This document shows, piece after piece, positions 21,934 through 32,271 of a DNA stretch of 64,000 nucleotides. Source of the DNA: Candidatus Marinacidobacterales bacterium. GTDB lineage: Bacteria > Acidobacteriota > Vicinamibacteria > Marinacidobacterales > SMYC01. The stretch is from positions 544,001 through 608,000 of the forward strand of contig OZ250169.1 of NCBI GenBank assembly GCA_965237955.1, read 5' to 3'. The notes beneath the pieces are model-generated. The model did not search any database, was not told the DNA's origin, and saw only the letters and a program-made list of their open reading frames with translations. The translations under genes were made by a program, and so were the position numbers. The stretch's first letter is position 1. Every line of letters starts with the position of its first letter.

Positions 21934-22272
21934 CTATCCCAGAACGTCCACGTAGGAAGTCTCATCGAAGCCGACCAGCAACGTTTTCCCGACCAGCAGC
22001 GTAGGGGCACGCAGGTTTCCCGTCGGCCCTAAGAGCGTGTCCACGATTTCCTTGGACGGCTTCCCGCCGGGAAAGATTTGGACTTTCTTGCCCTTGGCGA
22101 CGATGACTTTTTGGGCGGCTTTGATGAGCGCCGCAGCGTCTTTGCGGCTCAGTTTTTTCGAGGCAGAGACAACTTCCTTCGCTTCGATTTTCTTGGCGTC
22201 CATGAACTTGGACGCTCGGCGACAGCTTGTTCACCCGTTGCGGTGGTAGTACCAGTCGACTTGCTTCGGCAT
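21934..22272 (-). CDS. ArsC/thioredoxin-fold selenoprotein (UxxC), 112 aa
   Basis: MPKQVDWYYHRNG-TGA-TSCRRASKF reads in frame into ORF 21934-22203 (LLGPTGNLRAPTL..LLVGF); TGA at 22231-22233. Confidence 0.85.
22196..22215 (-). promoter_or_regulatory. Putative bacterial SECIS hairpin
   Basis: GCGUCCA-AGUUCA-UGGACGC, a perfect 7-bp stem starting 15 nt after the UGA, with G in the second loop position. Confidence 0.7.
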
Positions 22273-22407
22273 CCCTCTTTGTCACCCTCTTGTTGTGCCC
22301 GACCCCGTGTTCAGGTTGAAAGTAGGAGCCCTATTCTATCAGTTACTATTGATGTTACCGAGCTGCCGGCCCTACTCGAGACAGAGAACGCGGGGAGCAT
22401 TCTAACG

Positions 22408-22782
22408 ATGTGTGGCCGTTTCACACAGAAGCTGACCTGGCGTCAGATGCACGACCTCTATAACCTGACAGCATCGGCGGCCCCGCTGAATCTGCAGCCT
22501 CGCTACAATGGTGCACCGGAGGGGGCAAGGGCCACTGCAGGTCGCGCTTCTCGGCGACTCGTTTACTCATGGTGCTTGCGTGCCGCGCGAGGCATCAGTC
22601 GCCGGCCGTGTCCGCGCCGCATTTCCGGCCACGCTCAATCTCGGTATTGATGACACGGGGCCACTCCACCAATTGGGGATTTTCAGAGAATATGCCGTTT
22701 CTTTGCAGCCACAATTCGTCGTCTGGAATTGGTTCGAGGGCAACGATTTGCCTGACCTTCGCAGAAACCTCATCTGGGTACC
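22408..22782 (+). pseudogene. Adjacent fragments: SRAP N-terminus (22408-22510) and SGNH/GDSL hydrolase piece (about 22530-22782)
   Basis: MCGRFTQ...PRYN is the SRAP start; ALLGDSFTHG...NLG...GND resembles SGNH blocks. Confidence 0.7.
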
Positions 22783-24128
22783 TGTCCTTCATCATTATTG
22801 ATCCAGCGGGAATGGTACCGCTGGTGGCCATACGACGAACGAAGAAACCCGGGTCGGCGCGCGCGGGCACTTGCCGAGATCACGCGATCAATGGGCCGCG
22901 GAGCTGGACAACGCAATCGCGAGGGACCCCAGCAATCGACGCGCAGCGACTAAACTGGCTCAGGCGGCGTCGCGCCATTCGTAGCGGTGGTGGAGCCCAC
23001 CCACTCGCGGCAACGCGACGACTTTTGCGGTCGGTGATGGTCGGGGCGTGACGGGTCTTGAGTTCGGGGTGTCTTTGTCGAGACCCAAGTGGCAACGGTC
23101 CTCGTGGTAGTAGCTGATGTACAAGCGCATGAGCCGGACGAGATGCCGCTCACTGAGGACAACTACATGCTCTAACATCTCGCGGCGGCAGTTTCCGATC
23201 CAGCGTTCGGCGGTACCGTTTTGCCAAGGGCTGCGATAAGAAATGCGAACAGGCTTTGTGCCCATGGCCCTGATGAACTCCACCACTGCAGGGCTGAAAA
23301 TCGCGTCGCGGTCAAAGACCAAGTATCGTGGTGCCGTGTCGTATGGGAACGCCTCGCGCAGTTGTTGAATCACCCACGCTGACGTGGGGTTGTGCGTCGC
23401 GTTGAAGTGCAAGATATGGCGACGGCCGTGCTCGATGACGAAGAAGCCGTACAGCAGCCGTAGCGACGCCGTCGGTACGGCGAACAGATCCATCGCGGCG
23501 ATGTCGTCCTTGTGGTTCCGCAAGAACGCAATCCATCGCTTCACTTCGTCGGGTTCGGCTCGGCGGCGCGGCATGTATCGCGACACCGTCATCTCGCTGA
23601 CAACGAATCCGAGCTTCGTCAGCTCAGCGTGGATACGAGGTGCACCCCAGCCGTCTTGGGCCATCGTGCGGACGAGACGACGAATCTCGGCATCAATCCG
23701 AGGTCGACCTGGATAGCGCGGACGGGAGATCCGAGCCCAGTATCGGCGGAACCGATCTCGATTCCACCGGGCGACCGTGTCGGCGTTCACGATAACGAGC
23801 CGGCTCGCCCACGCTGGCCACGAGCTTCGGAGCGCAACCCAGAATGCTCGGTCCGTGTCCTCGAGCGGTGGCCGGGGGCGCTCCTTCTTCAACGCCGTAA
23901 CTTGCTGCCGCAGGGCCAGGTTTTCAATCACGAGGTCGGCTCGGCGCCGACACATCGCCCGGATCGCACGGGCGCCGAGTGAGACGAGGAAGATGAGGAC
24001 ACGGAGCATGGCGGCAGAGTTTGCCGTCTCAAGACCGGGATCTCAAGCGGGAGATGCGCTCGTTGGCCGAGGCGTGAACGGTGCGTAAGTCCTTGATTTC
24101 AGGAGCGGACGGATATTGATGATGCACA
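22783..24128 (-). mobile_element. rve/DDE transposon family B, copy 2, intact (1346 bp)
   Basis: TGT...ACA ends, 13/16 inverted repeat; near-identical to copy 1 and inverted relative to it. Confidence 0.9.
22960..24009 (-). CDS. Integrase-core (rve) DDE transposase, family B
   Basis: ENLALRQQ, WGAPRIHAEL, AMDLF, FDRDAIF, NGTAERWIG, VGGLHHRY. Confidence 0.9.
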   Translation of the reverse strand: MLRVLIFLVSLGARAIRAMCRRRADLVIENLALRQQVTALKKERPRPPLEDTDRAFWVALRSSWPAWASRLVIVNADTVARWNRDRFRRYWARISRPRYPGRPRIDAEIRRLVRTMAQDGWGAPRIHAELTKLGFVVSEMTVSRYMPRRRAEPDEVKRWIAFLRNHKDDIAAMDLFAVPTASLRLLYGFFVIEHGRRHILHFNATHNPTSAWVIQQLREAFPYDTAPRYLVFDRDAIFSPAVVEFIRAMGTKPVRISYRSPWQNGTAERWIGNCRREMLEHVVVLSERHLVRLMRLYISYYHEDRCHLGLDKDTPNSRPVTPRPSPTAKVVALPRVGGLHHRYEWRDAA

Positions 24129-24559
24129 AGCGCGCGTTGAACATTCAGGGACATCTACTTGAGTGGCAGGCTAGCCCTGAACAGTATAGGGCAGTGCTGG
24201 CGGTGAACGGCGAGGACGTGGTGCAGCACCGCATCGCGATACCGACCCGCACGAATGCCATTGTAACCGTGCCCGATATTAGCGAAAACGAGTCCACTGC
24301 CCAAAACCTCCCAGCACTGGAGACTGAAGCCGATGTGGAGACCGCGATGAGTCAAGAAAGCACGCGGAATCTCGTGTTCCGCTTTTGGAACCTAACCATC
24401 AGCCAACGCCGCGAGGTCGCTCTGCGACTGAGTTTGATTGACGAGGCGGAGCTGACCCTTCCAGAACCCGAGCGATATGGCCTCGCCTTGTCGCGGGCAG
24501 GTGAGCGCGAGATTCTGGACCAGCTAGCGCACGAAGTCGCGGAAATGGAAGAACACTAG
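24129..24559 (+). pseudogene. C-terminal remnant of the effector/adaptor gene (GAAD-like) of the GTPase system
   Basis: RNLVFRFWNLTISQRREVAL..L helical tail; stop overlaps the next start; 5' part replaced by the family B end. Confidence 0.55.
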
Positions 24560-25668
24560 TGGCCAAAAAAAATCAGCTTCCGATGCATATGGATTTTCCT
24601 CGCTGGCACAATTCCATCGCGCTCGGTAGAGATCAGTCACTTCAACAGTCGCGATGGGCCGGCGTGAGCGCTCTAGTCAAGGCCGCGAAAACCAGCCAAG
24701 ATATTGAGGGCTTGATCCGACTGGCTTTCAAGAGTCGCCAGCAGGCCGAGGTGGTTAAGATAAATAAGATACGACAAGCCTTTTACAGCACAGACCCGAC
24801 GTTCGAGATGGACGGTAATGATCGCGAGCTCCAAGTACTAGCCGCGTCAACGCTAGCTGTCTTGATGTTGCAAGACGGCGACGTAGGTGCCGAGGCGGCG
24901 TTGGCTACGACAACTGCCTCACTTGCGGGCGCGCGCAAGCCCGATTTGCCAATGGATCTGAGCGTCCTTGCTAAAGGAGCCATCGATCAAGCGGCAGAGA
25001 CCAATCGCAAACGGCCGGCCCTTGCTGCGAATCGGCAATTGAGTGCACCGAGTCTCGACTTTGGAGAAGCAAGGAGAAAGACGACGGAACAACCGGATGG
25101 AGCGGGGTTTGCAGAAGCATTCAAATTAGCGGCAGCAGACGTGAATAGGGCATTAGCCAAAATGACCGAGCAGCAAGCTAGTCGGGCGGACGACCTATCC
25201 AGAATCCTACGAGTTCAAGACGAAGAGATCCAAATGCTCTGGTGGCTAACCGGTCGGCGAAGCTTCGATCTTGACTGTAGTTTCGACACTGTGCCTGTGG
25301 AAGCCAGGCCGCTCGTCTTCGCCAAGGAACTGTCGGATAGTACGGAGTTCTTGCCAGGCCCAGGCTCAGTGAAGGGGTTACTGTCGCACGCAGGCCTTAA
25401 GGATCGTAAAAAGGTCGCGTTGTCTCACGTGATAAACGCAGCAGAAGTGGCATGGCTACGGACATTCATGTCTGAGTATGAACCGTCTCCGGTGTCCATG
25501 CCCATTCACTATGGGATTAAGCGTCAGCTCGAAACTGGCGTCGGAGATGCGTGGATTGCCGGCTGGGCGGCAGCAGTCGGCGTGGACAAGAACTTTGCAG
25601 TGTCGCCGCTCACGCTTGGCTTCCTGTTCTATTGTGAACGTTTGCTCATTCTCTTCCGTGATGAATGA
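24559..25668 (+). CDS. GASH-like all-helical protein of a GTPase conflict system
   Basis: D.TF...NDRELQVLA, EEIQMLWWL and FY.ERL; first gene before two GTPases. Confidence 0.75.
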   Translation: MAKKNQLPMHMDFPRWHNSIALGRDQSLQQSRWAGVSALVKAAKTSQDIEGLIRLAFKSRQQAEVVKINKIRQAFYSTDPTFEMDGNDRELQVLAASTLAVLMLQDGDVGAEAALATTTASLAGARKPDLPMDLSVLAKGAIDQAAETNRKRPALAANRQLSAPSLDFGEARRKTTEQPDGAGFAEAFKLAAADVNRALAKMTEQQASRADDLSRILRVQDEEIQMLWWLTGRRSFDLDCSFDTVPVEARPLVFAKELSDSTEFLPGPGSVKGLLSHAGLKDRKKVALSHVINAAEVAWLRTFMSEYEPSPVSMPIHYGIKRQLETGVGDAWIAGWAAAVGVDKNFAVSPLTLGFLFYCERLLILFRDE

Positions 25669-26708
25669 CACCCATGTCCAAAGACGATGATGCGAATGTC
25701 GTTTGCACGAATTCGGATTGCTCGGTTGCTGAAACAGGGAAATGTGTAGAGGGATTTGAGACGGTCGCATGTCCTCATTTTGGCCAGACGCCATCCAAGG
25801 TCACCAAAGACGAAACCACTCCAGCCATATCAAAGGCCTCAGAAGAGAGTATCCGGCTACCTAGCGCCACAACGCTTACAATCGCTGATGCTGCTAGGCT
25901 ATTGCGCGCGGGAGACACTCGCATTATCGCAATCATCGGACCGAGAGATGCCGGTAAAACTAGTTTAATCGCTAGCCTTTACGACCTCTTCCAGGAGGGG
26001 CCGGTTTCTGGAGTCGAGTTTGCTCGATCCCGTACCTTGCACGCCTTCGAACAAACCTGCCATGACGCGCGCGCCGCTTCTCGAAGGAACGTGCCTCACA
26101 TCAATCGGACCCCTCTGGGTGAAGTGAGATTCTACCACCTTGACATTAGAGGTGGCCCGGCTGGGGAATCACTCTCGCTCGCGATGGGCGACCGCGCCGG
26201 TGAGGAATATTGCAACGCTACAGACGATACAACGATCGTGTCTGGTTTTCCGGAAGTTCGGCGCGCCGACTCCTTAACTCTATTGGTCGATGGCCGCCGC
26301 CTGGTCGACAACGGCAGACGCCACAACCTGCGCAGCGAGATCAAGATGATCGTTCAATCGCTGGTGGACGGAGACGCCGTGCAACTCGGTCAGCGCTTGG
26401 CAGTCGTCTTGACGAAGATCGATATCGTCCAGGCTTCGACCCGTTGCGCACGCGCCGAAAGTGATTTCCAGAACCTTTTGTCCAGCCTCGAGAAACTGTT
26501 TAGTCATGTATTTTCGACAATTGAGCCATTTATGATTGCGGCTTCCCCAAAGACTGATGCTGTGCCACGTGGGACGGGCGTGCCTGAACTCCTTACGTTC
26601 TGGCTCAAGCGTGCGATAGTCACGCCAACCGCTCCACCATCAAAGCCTTCATTCGAACGTGCGTTTGCAAGGTTGCAGCCCCTCGATGACGTGGAGGGGG
26701 AAGCATGA
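25665..26708 (+). CDS. TRAFAC-clade GTPase (double-GTPase type) with Cys-rich N-terminus
   Basis: GPRDAGKTS (G1), DRAGE (G3), TKID (G4); N-terminal C-x4-C...C...C cluster. Confidence 0.85.
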   Translation: MTPMSKDDDANVVCTNSDCSVAETGKCVEGFETVACPHFGQTPSKVTKDETTPAISKASEESIRLPSATTLTIADAARLLRAGDTRIIAIIGPRDAGKTSLIASLYDLFQEGPVSGVEFARSRTLHAFEQTCHDARAASRRNVPHINRTPLGEVRFYHLDIRGGPAGESLSLAMGDRAGEEYCNATDDTTIVSGFPEVRRADSLTLLVDGRRLVDNGRRHNLRSEIKMIVQSLVDGDAVQLGQRLAVVLTKIDIVQASTRCARAESDFQNLLSSLEKLFSHVFSTIEPFMIAASPKTDAVPRGTGVPELLTFWLKRAIVTPTAPPSKPSFERAFARLQPLDDVEGEA

Positions 26709-27565
26709 ACGAACGTTCCGTTGTCATCATCGGACTTCCAGAATCCGGCAAGACAACGTTTCTAGCTGCGCTGTGGCACTTAATCACAGCACGTGACGTT
26801 GAAACGATTTTACGCTTCCACACGCTGCGCGACGGCGAAAGCTCGCACCTCAATGCGATCGCTGCGCGCTGGCGAGATGCCAAGGTCCAAGATCGAACGG
26901 CCCTTGGCGGCAATCAGCTAGTCAGCATGAACTTGCAGGACGTAGGCGGCACACCGATTCGCGTCACCTTTCCCGATGTGGACGGCGAAGTCTATCGGCG
27001 GATTTGGGAGGAGCGAGATTGTGAGGCAGACATCGCGGACATCTTGAAGGCCACAGGCGTTCTGCTCTTTATCCACGCCGACACAATCCGCCAACCGAAG
27101 TGGGTTATTGATGAGGTCGCGCTATCGAAAGACCTCGGTTTGACGGTCCAGAACGGGGAAGATGTAGCATGGCACCCTAGGCTCGCTCCCACACAAGTTA
27201 AATTGGTGGATTTGCTCCAACTTCTTTTCACCGAATCGCTCAACGTTGGGCCTCGGCGCCTAGCCATAATGCTTTCGGCATGGGATAAAGCGGTCGGCGA
27301 ACATCTGTCTCCACAAGACTACCTCGAAGCAAAGTTGCCTCTATTTTCGCAGTATCTACGTCAGGGTGCTGATAGATGGACGTGGCGCACCTACGGCGTG
27401 AGTGCTCAAGGTGGCGAGTACGACCCAATCGAACCTGGTCACGCAGGCAGGAAGGAAGCTGAGGAACTGCGCGATCTCGATTGTGCATCAACGCGCATCC
27501 GCCTCATTTGCAGCACCCAGGAGACGCACGACTTAACGGACCCGCTCGCATGGCTCATCGAGTAA
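26705..27565 (+). CDS. Second TRAFAC-clade GTPase
   Basis: GLPESGKTT, DVDGE, SAWD, GVSAQG. Confidence 0.85.
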   Translation: MNERSVVIIGLPESGKTTFLAALWHLITARDVETILRFHTLRDGESSHLNAIAARWRDAKVQDRTALGGNQLVSMNLQDVGGTPIRVTFPDVDGEVYRRIWEERDCEADIADILKATGVLLFIHADTIRQPKWVIDEVALSKDLGLTVQNGEDVAWHPRLAPTQVKLVDLLQLLFTESLNVGPRRLAIMLSAWDKAVGEHLSPQDYLEAKLPLFSQYLRQGADRWTWRTYGVSAQGGEYDPIEPGHAGRKEAEELRDLDCASTRIRLICSTQETHDLTDPLAWLIE

Positions 27566-29625
27566 GACTCGATAATACGACCCTGAAAATTCACCAAGCT
27601 CTCCACGGCTACGCCGATGGGCATCGGCAACTCGCAGCGTCCGTCCAGCTTGAACCGCGTGACATAAAGTTGATGCTCGTGCTCAGCGACCTATCAGGTC
27701 CGGGCACACGCATCGATGATCGTGGCTATCTGACCGGCTATCCCTTACCTGAATCCAGGATGTATGCCTTGGCGCGCACTTGGGCGGCGCCGGAAATGCC
27801 TCGTCCGGGATGCGTCTGGACGCATACTCTTTTGATCGGTTTTTCTGAACTTGCTGAACTGGCGGATCCAGTCTCGATTGCGTCTCTGTTTCGCCGGCCA
27901 GATATGAGCAATATCGCCGGCTTCGCGTCTGAGCTATCCCTCTCTGTCGGAAGCCCTTTGGACCTCGACACCTACGAATTAGACTTTGCCAGGCCGCTTC
28001 TAGCAGCTCTATACGAAGAACCGCACGGTCGGGTAATTGCGGCGCGCCCGCCTACACTGGATGTTGATTCTGTCGTAATGGCGGTGTGGACGCAGCAATG
28101 GCCGAGGCTGCGCCGAGCGTTCCGCTTTTGCACAGCGTCAACAGCTGACCGCTCGACTGATTCGAACGCCTTTGACCTTCAGCTTCTGCCGTCACTGGAC
28201 CGAAGCGTCCGGTCACGTTTTGCGAACGCAGTCGAAGCCGACGTCTTTGCGTCACTGAAGGAAGAGTGGCTAGACGACACAGTGCTGGATCTCGCGCAGG
28301 CTGATATCGGAGGGTTGCGAACATTCTTGCGGCGCGCCGGGGGCGATATCGAATCAGGGCGCGAGGCGTTTCGATCGTTGTGCCATCTCCATAGACTCGT
28401 TCAAGTACTCAACACAAGCAATGAGTCCATCGATACCGTTGTTTCACTGCTGGACGGTGAATTCGGCCCGATGCAGGCCAGGAACGTTCGTGGAGTCGTT
28501 GCCACCGCCGCCATTGAACGATCCGGCGAACTCGATGACCAAGCGCTCGACTTTCTGGTTCGCCATTTGGAATTGGCTGCGCCGGAATCTGTGTCCACGA
28601 ACAGTGGGAGTTTAGGCCGTGAAATCTGGAGGCGCCGCCCAGACCTTTTCACCAAGATGTACGAAGGCAACCACATGGAACGCATGGTCTCAGAAAGTGC
28701 TTTTGTGGCTCTCAGCATTGATGAGTTGGCGGAAGGCATTATGAAGACACCGAGGCTCGCCATTGTCGCGCTGACTCACCGTCCCGATCTTGTAGGACAC
28801 ACCAAATTCTGGTCGCGCGATGTTGTTCCGGTTGATGCGGCGTTCGCGGTTCTCAGCGAATTCTGTGAATTGCGGCAGGCTGGTTTGAAAGCGATGGTGG
28901 CGGCCAAGCGCGATGACTTGGCTGCAAGGGCGGCCCGCGAAATCCATCTGGTCGAACTTCTCCAAGCGATAGCTGGCGCGTTCGATAACGCAACCAATAG
29001 AGAGAATATCGGACCATGGCTTGCGACCGCAACATCCGACCCAGCAAAGGTCGCTCAGTTCTTTGTGCAAGGGCAAACCCTATCGTTACCGCTACTCACT
29101 GCAATCGCTCACGTGATTCCACCTGATGCCGTTCCGAACGATTATGGTGAAGATCCTTGGTTGATTGCTATTCGTGCTTGGGAAGGTTCCGTGCCCAGAT
29201 GTGAATATTTGTTCCTCTCATCGTATCTCCTGAGTCGAGCGCTCGGTCAGCAATCGAACAACCCCGGCGAACTTGCTCAGAGTACCTTCGAGGCAATTCA
29301 TAAGGCAGTAAGCGTGGGTAGACTTCCTGAAGAAGCGTGGGCAATGCTTGAGAATAGGCTTCCGTGGTCGCGTAGCTGGATGTACTGGGACCGATGCGCA
29401 CAGATCCGCAGGGCTGTTGGAGACTTGTTTGTCGAGCGCAAGCTTTCCCCTGAATCGTTCTCTCGAATGGCAGATGACGATCAAGTATTCGCAATGACAG
29501 CTGAGACGGTCGCGCACCGCCGCCGCGGACGGACTTTCTTGAAGCGGGTACACGGCTGGCTGAAAGATGATGGCGCACAGCACAATGCTGCTCGAATTCT
29601 GATCATTGAGGAGCTCATCAATTAG
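27562..29625 (+). CDS. GAP1-N1-domain protein (start uncertain)
   Basis: IHQALHGYADGHRQLA..LSDLSG..YLTGYPL..ARTWAAPEMPRPGCVWTHTL; WTQQWPRLRRAFRFCT. Confidence 0.8.
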   Translation, partial: VRLDNTTLKIHQALHGYADGHRQLAASVQLEPRDIKLMLVLSDLSGPGTRIDDRGYLTGYPLPESRMYALARTWAAPEMPRPGCVWTHTLLIGFSELAELADPVSIASLFRRPDMSNIAGFASELSLSVGSPLDLDTYELDFARPLLAALYEEPHGRVIAARPPTLDVDSVVMAVWTQQWPRLRRAFRFCTASTADRSTDSNAFDLQLLPSLDRSVRSRFANAVEADVFASLKEEWLDDTVLDLAQADIGGLRTFLRRAGGDIESGREAFRSLCHLHRLVQVLNTSNESIDTVVSLLDGEFGPMQARNVRGVVATAAIERSGELDDQALDFLVRHLELAAPESVSTNSGSLGREIWRRRPDLFTKMYEGNHMERMVSESAFVALSIDELAEGIMKTPRLAIVALTHRPDLVGHTKFWSRDVVPVDAAFAVLSEFCELRQAGLKAMVAAKRDDLAARAAREIHLVELLQAIAGAFDNATNRENIGPWLATATSDPAKVAQFFVQGQTLSLPLLTAIAHVIPPDAVPNDYGEDPWLIAIRAWEGSVPRCEYLFLSSYLLSRALGQQSNNPGELAQSTFEAIHKAVSVGRLPEEAWAMLENRLPWSRSWMYWDRCAQIRRAVGDLFVERKLSPESFSRMADDDQVFAMTAETVAHRRRGRTFLKRVHGWLKDDGAQHNAARILIIEELIN

Positions 29626-29692
29626 GCGATGCCCGTCCTGTGCCAAAACTCGGCCCTTATCTCATCCAGTCGTTTCGCAGCGCCCACACCGG

Positions 29693-29748
29693 TGTGATCC
29701 GCAAAAAAGAAGATCGCGTACCGCTGGATCGACTTTTTGCGGAGCACA
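29693..29748. mobile_element. 56-bp TGT...ACA mini-element, family C (inverted copy 45720-45775; half copies end at 35530 and start at 47457)
   Basis: TGTGATCCGCAAAAAAG...CTTTTTGCGGAGCACA; both full copies are 56 bp. Confidence 0.8.
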
Positions 29749-29816
29749 GGCCCACATCCACGCCGATGGTACGCAAAACGCCACAGAGGTCACCCGTCGG
29801 CGCGAGATCGCTCGCG

Positions 29817-29910
29817 TGTCCTTCATCATCATTATTACTGTATTAGTGTAGCCGGCACCGTGGGCGTCAGCGGAGGCAACGTCCGGCGCCGGCGCAGCGG
29901 GCTTCTGTTC
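29817..29910 (+). repeat. Solo family B-like right end (related copies at about 33929-34000 and 48674-48692)
   Basis: TGTCCTTCATCAT(CAT)TATT followed by shared GGGC.TCAGCGGAGG...CCGGCGCAGCGGGCTTCTG. Confidence 0.7.
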
Positions 29911-30064
29911 AGGCTCTATCTTCTGGCGGAGCGGGGCCGTGCCAGGCACTATTCTCTCGCACCTCCCCGAGAACCCCGTCCTGTGCCAAAACTCGGCCCT
30001 TTTGAAATAGCCGATTAATCAACAGCTAATTAGGATATGATTAACTACCTGCTATGCGTGGTCC

Positions 30065-30230
30065 ACTTGACGGAGAAGCTTACAGATCATGCACTGGGCG
30101 TCCGCCAGGGTGACGAACCAGTGCTGGTTGAGGGATTCGTCGCGGAAACGACCGCTGAAGCTTTCGGCGAATGCGTTCTGTGGCGGTTTGCCGGGCTCGA
30201 TGAATCGGAGCTCGACCCCCTTTTCGTAGG
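30065..30230 (-). pseudogene. IS3-family transposase core fragment
   Basis: Minus strand reads PGKPPQNAFAESFSGRFRDESLNQHWF. Confidence 0.7.
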
Positions 30231-30316
30231 CTCAGGTTAGGATCTGAGCCGGGATACCGACATTGGCGAAACTCAGCCAGTGTCGAGGCGGTCGTAACAG
30301 AGCCGTATGTAAGACT

Positions 30317-31525
30317 ATGATCGACCGCCGTACATTGAGATGTCGTGGCTGTGATTCGAAGATTATCACGCGCACTCAAGTTGGGTACCGCGACAGCCAA
30401 ACAAACTCGTTCGCGTGTCCGAAATGCGATATTCAACTTGAGTACGTCATGGACCTTGATCAGAAGAATGTTGCGCTATCGTACCGTCAGCCCACGAATG
30501 CTGACTGGGTCGACGACGAGGAAGGTGCGATCGCGACTCTGACGTTTAGCGACGCGAATCCCGTGTCGGTCTCGGTCGCTCCCTTAAGCCCATTTATTGC
30601 GACCTTCGGGAATATTGAAGACATAGACGACTACACACGGTCTGAGGGCGTTCGCCAGCAGTTTGCGTGCGTTGATTATAACTACATCGAGCGGTGCATC
30701 GTTCACTTCGAACGTGGCGATTGGGAGTTATTCGATAAGGCGTCTCCTCCGAACGGCACGAGAGAAACCTCACCGCGGCACCGTTTGATCGCTCTTTACA
30801 ATGCAATTCAAGCCGGTTTGTCTAACTTCACGCTTACGCCCAGGGCGGAACGCGACCGCGTTCTGCATCGGTTTAACTTTGCCCGCTCACACCGGCGGGA
30901 CTTTATTCATGATCTCGCAGACTTGTACGTGGGAAGCGGGCGCATGTTGAAGCTTTGGAAGGAGCTCGCTACCGTTCGACGAGCGTTTCTCGGCTGCTAC
31001 AACGAGGGGTTGCATCTACTCGTGCAAATTCGCTATTGGCGCGAGGACCTTCGTGACTTGACCGAGCTCAAAGTGTCCATGAAGCAGTTCGACCGATTCA
31101 GGCAACTCTACATCGATTCTTTCGAGACGCTTTGCCGCCTACTGGTTCTCGCCACAGTGGTGGAGGCGGTAATTCATACACATAGCCTGAACGTGCCGCT
31201 GTCTAGGCGATCCATGTCGTTAGACGAGTTCGAGGCGTTACCGAACGGAGTGAAACGCGAACACTTCGTCAAGTCGGTTGTCGGAGATCTATTTGCTGAC
31301 GTGCTGGACATGAAGCTACGGAACGGCATCAGCCATCATGAAGCTCACTACGATGCTGGTATGGACGAGATCGTACTCTACGACACGAAACAGCCAGCTA
31401 CGGTCGGACGGAGAATCGGATACACCGAGTTCTGCGATAAGGTCCTACGACTATTTGCGGCAGTTGAACTCGCAGCAACGTACCATCATGCGTTACACAT
31501 TCAGGCAGATGGCCGGCTTAGTTAG
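30317..31525 (+). CDS. Hypothetical protein with Zn ribbon and C-terminal HEPN-like motif
   Basis: CRGC...CPKC at the N-terminus; LRNGISH (RxxxxH) near the C-terminus. Confidence 0.7.
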   Translation: MIDRRTLRCRGCDSKIITRTQVGYRDSQTNSFACPKCDIQLEYVMDLDQKNVALSYRQPTNADWVDDEEGAIATLTFSDANPVSVSVAPLSPFIATFGNIEDIDDYTRSEGVRQQFACVDYNYIERCIVHFERGDWELFDKASPPNGTRETSPRHRLIALYNAIQAGLSNFTLTPRAERDRVLHRFNFARSHRRDFIHDLADLYVGSGRMLKLWKELATVRRAFLGCYNEGLHLLVQIRYWREDLRDLTELKVSMKQFDRFRQLYIDSFETLCRLLVLATVVEAVIHTHSLNVPLSRRSMSLDEFEALPNGVKREHFVKSVVGDLFADVLDMKLRNGISHHEAHYDAGMDEIVLYDTKQPATVGRRIGYTEFCDKVLRLFAAVELAATYHHALHIQADGRLS

Positions 31526-31652
31526 GAAGTGTGTCGTTTAAGAATACGAATTGGCGGCCAGTTCCTCGACGGCGCTCGCCACCGGAGCATGCGGAACGTA
31601 TGACGGTCTCGTGTCCGGAAATACGAACGGAGCCCGAAAGCCCAAGTCCTAG

Positions 31653-32271
31653 TGTTTCGGTTCAGCTGGAACATGACAGTCCTGAAGTTAAAATACGCAC
31701 ATGGAAAAAGGAGCTGTCATGAGCAAAGGTCGTCGTCGTCACACTGCGGAGCAAAAGGCAGAGCTGTTGCGCCAGCACGTTGCCGAGAAAAAGCCGGTCT
31801 CGGAGGTATGCAACGAGGCAGAAATCCAGCCGAGCCTGTTCTACACATGGCAAAGGGAGCTATTGGCTGGAGCCCATACGGTGTTTTCGTTCCGTCGTGC
31901 GCCGAGCCGTGAGAAGGAGCTAGAGGAGAAGCTCTCCCGTCTCGCGGCGAAGGTGGCCCGTAAAGATCAGATCATCGCTGAGGTGACCGAAGAGTACGTG
32001 ACACTCAAAAAAAAACTTGGGGAAGCCTGAGTGGTGCCTGGATTCCCCATGACCGTCGTGACGAGGTTGTCGACTTCGTGAACACAATCGCCACCAAGAC
32101 CCAGCTTCCGGTCCAGCAGATCGTTCAGTGGTGCGGGGTCGCTCGGGGCAAGTTCTACGACTGGCGCAAGCGGTACGGGAAGGTGAATGAGCACAACGGC
32201 CTGGTGCCGCGGGATCACTGGATCGAAGAATGGGAGCGCCAGTCCGTGATCGACTACTTCGACTGCCACCC
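31653..32271 (+). mobile_element. IS3-family element, truncated (orfA 31719-32030 plus start of orfB)
   Basis: RRRHTAEQKAELL HTH; A9C slippery run at about 32007-32016; orfB cut by the A end at 32270. Left boundary approximate. Confidence 0.75.
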
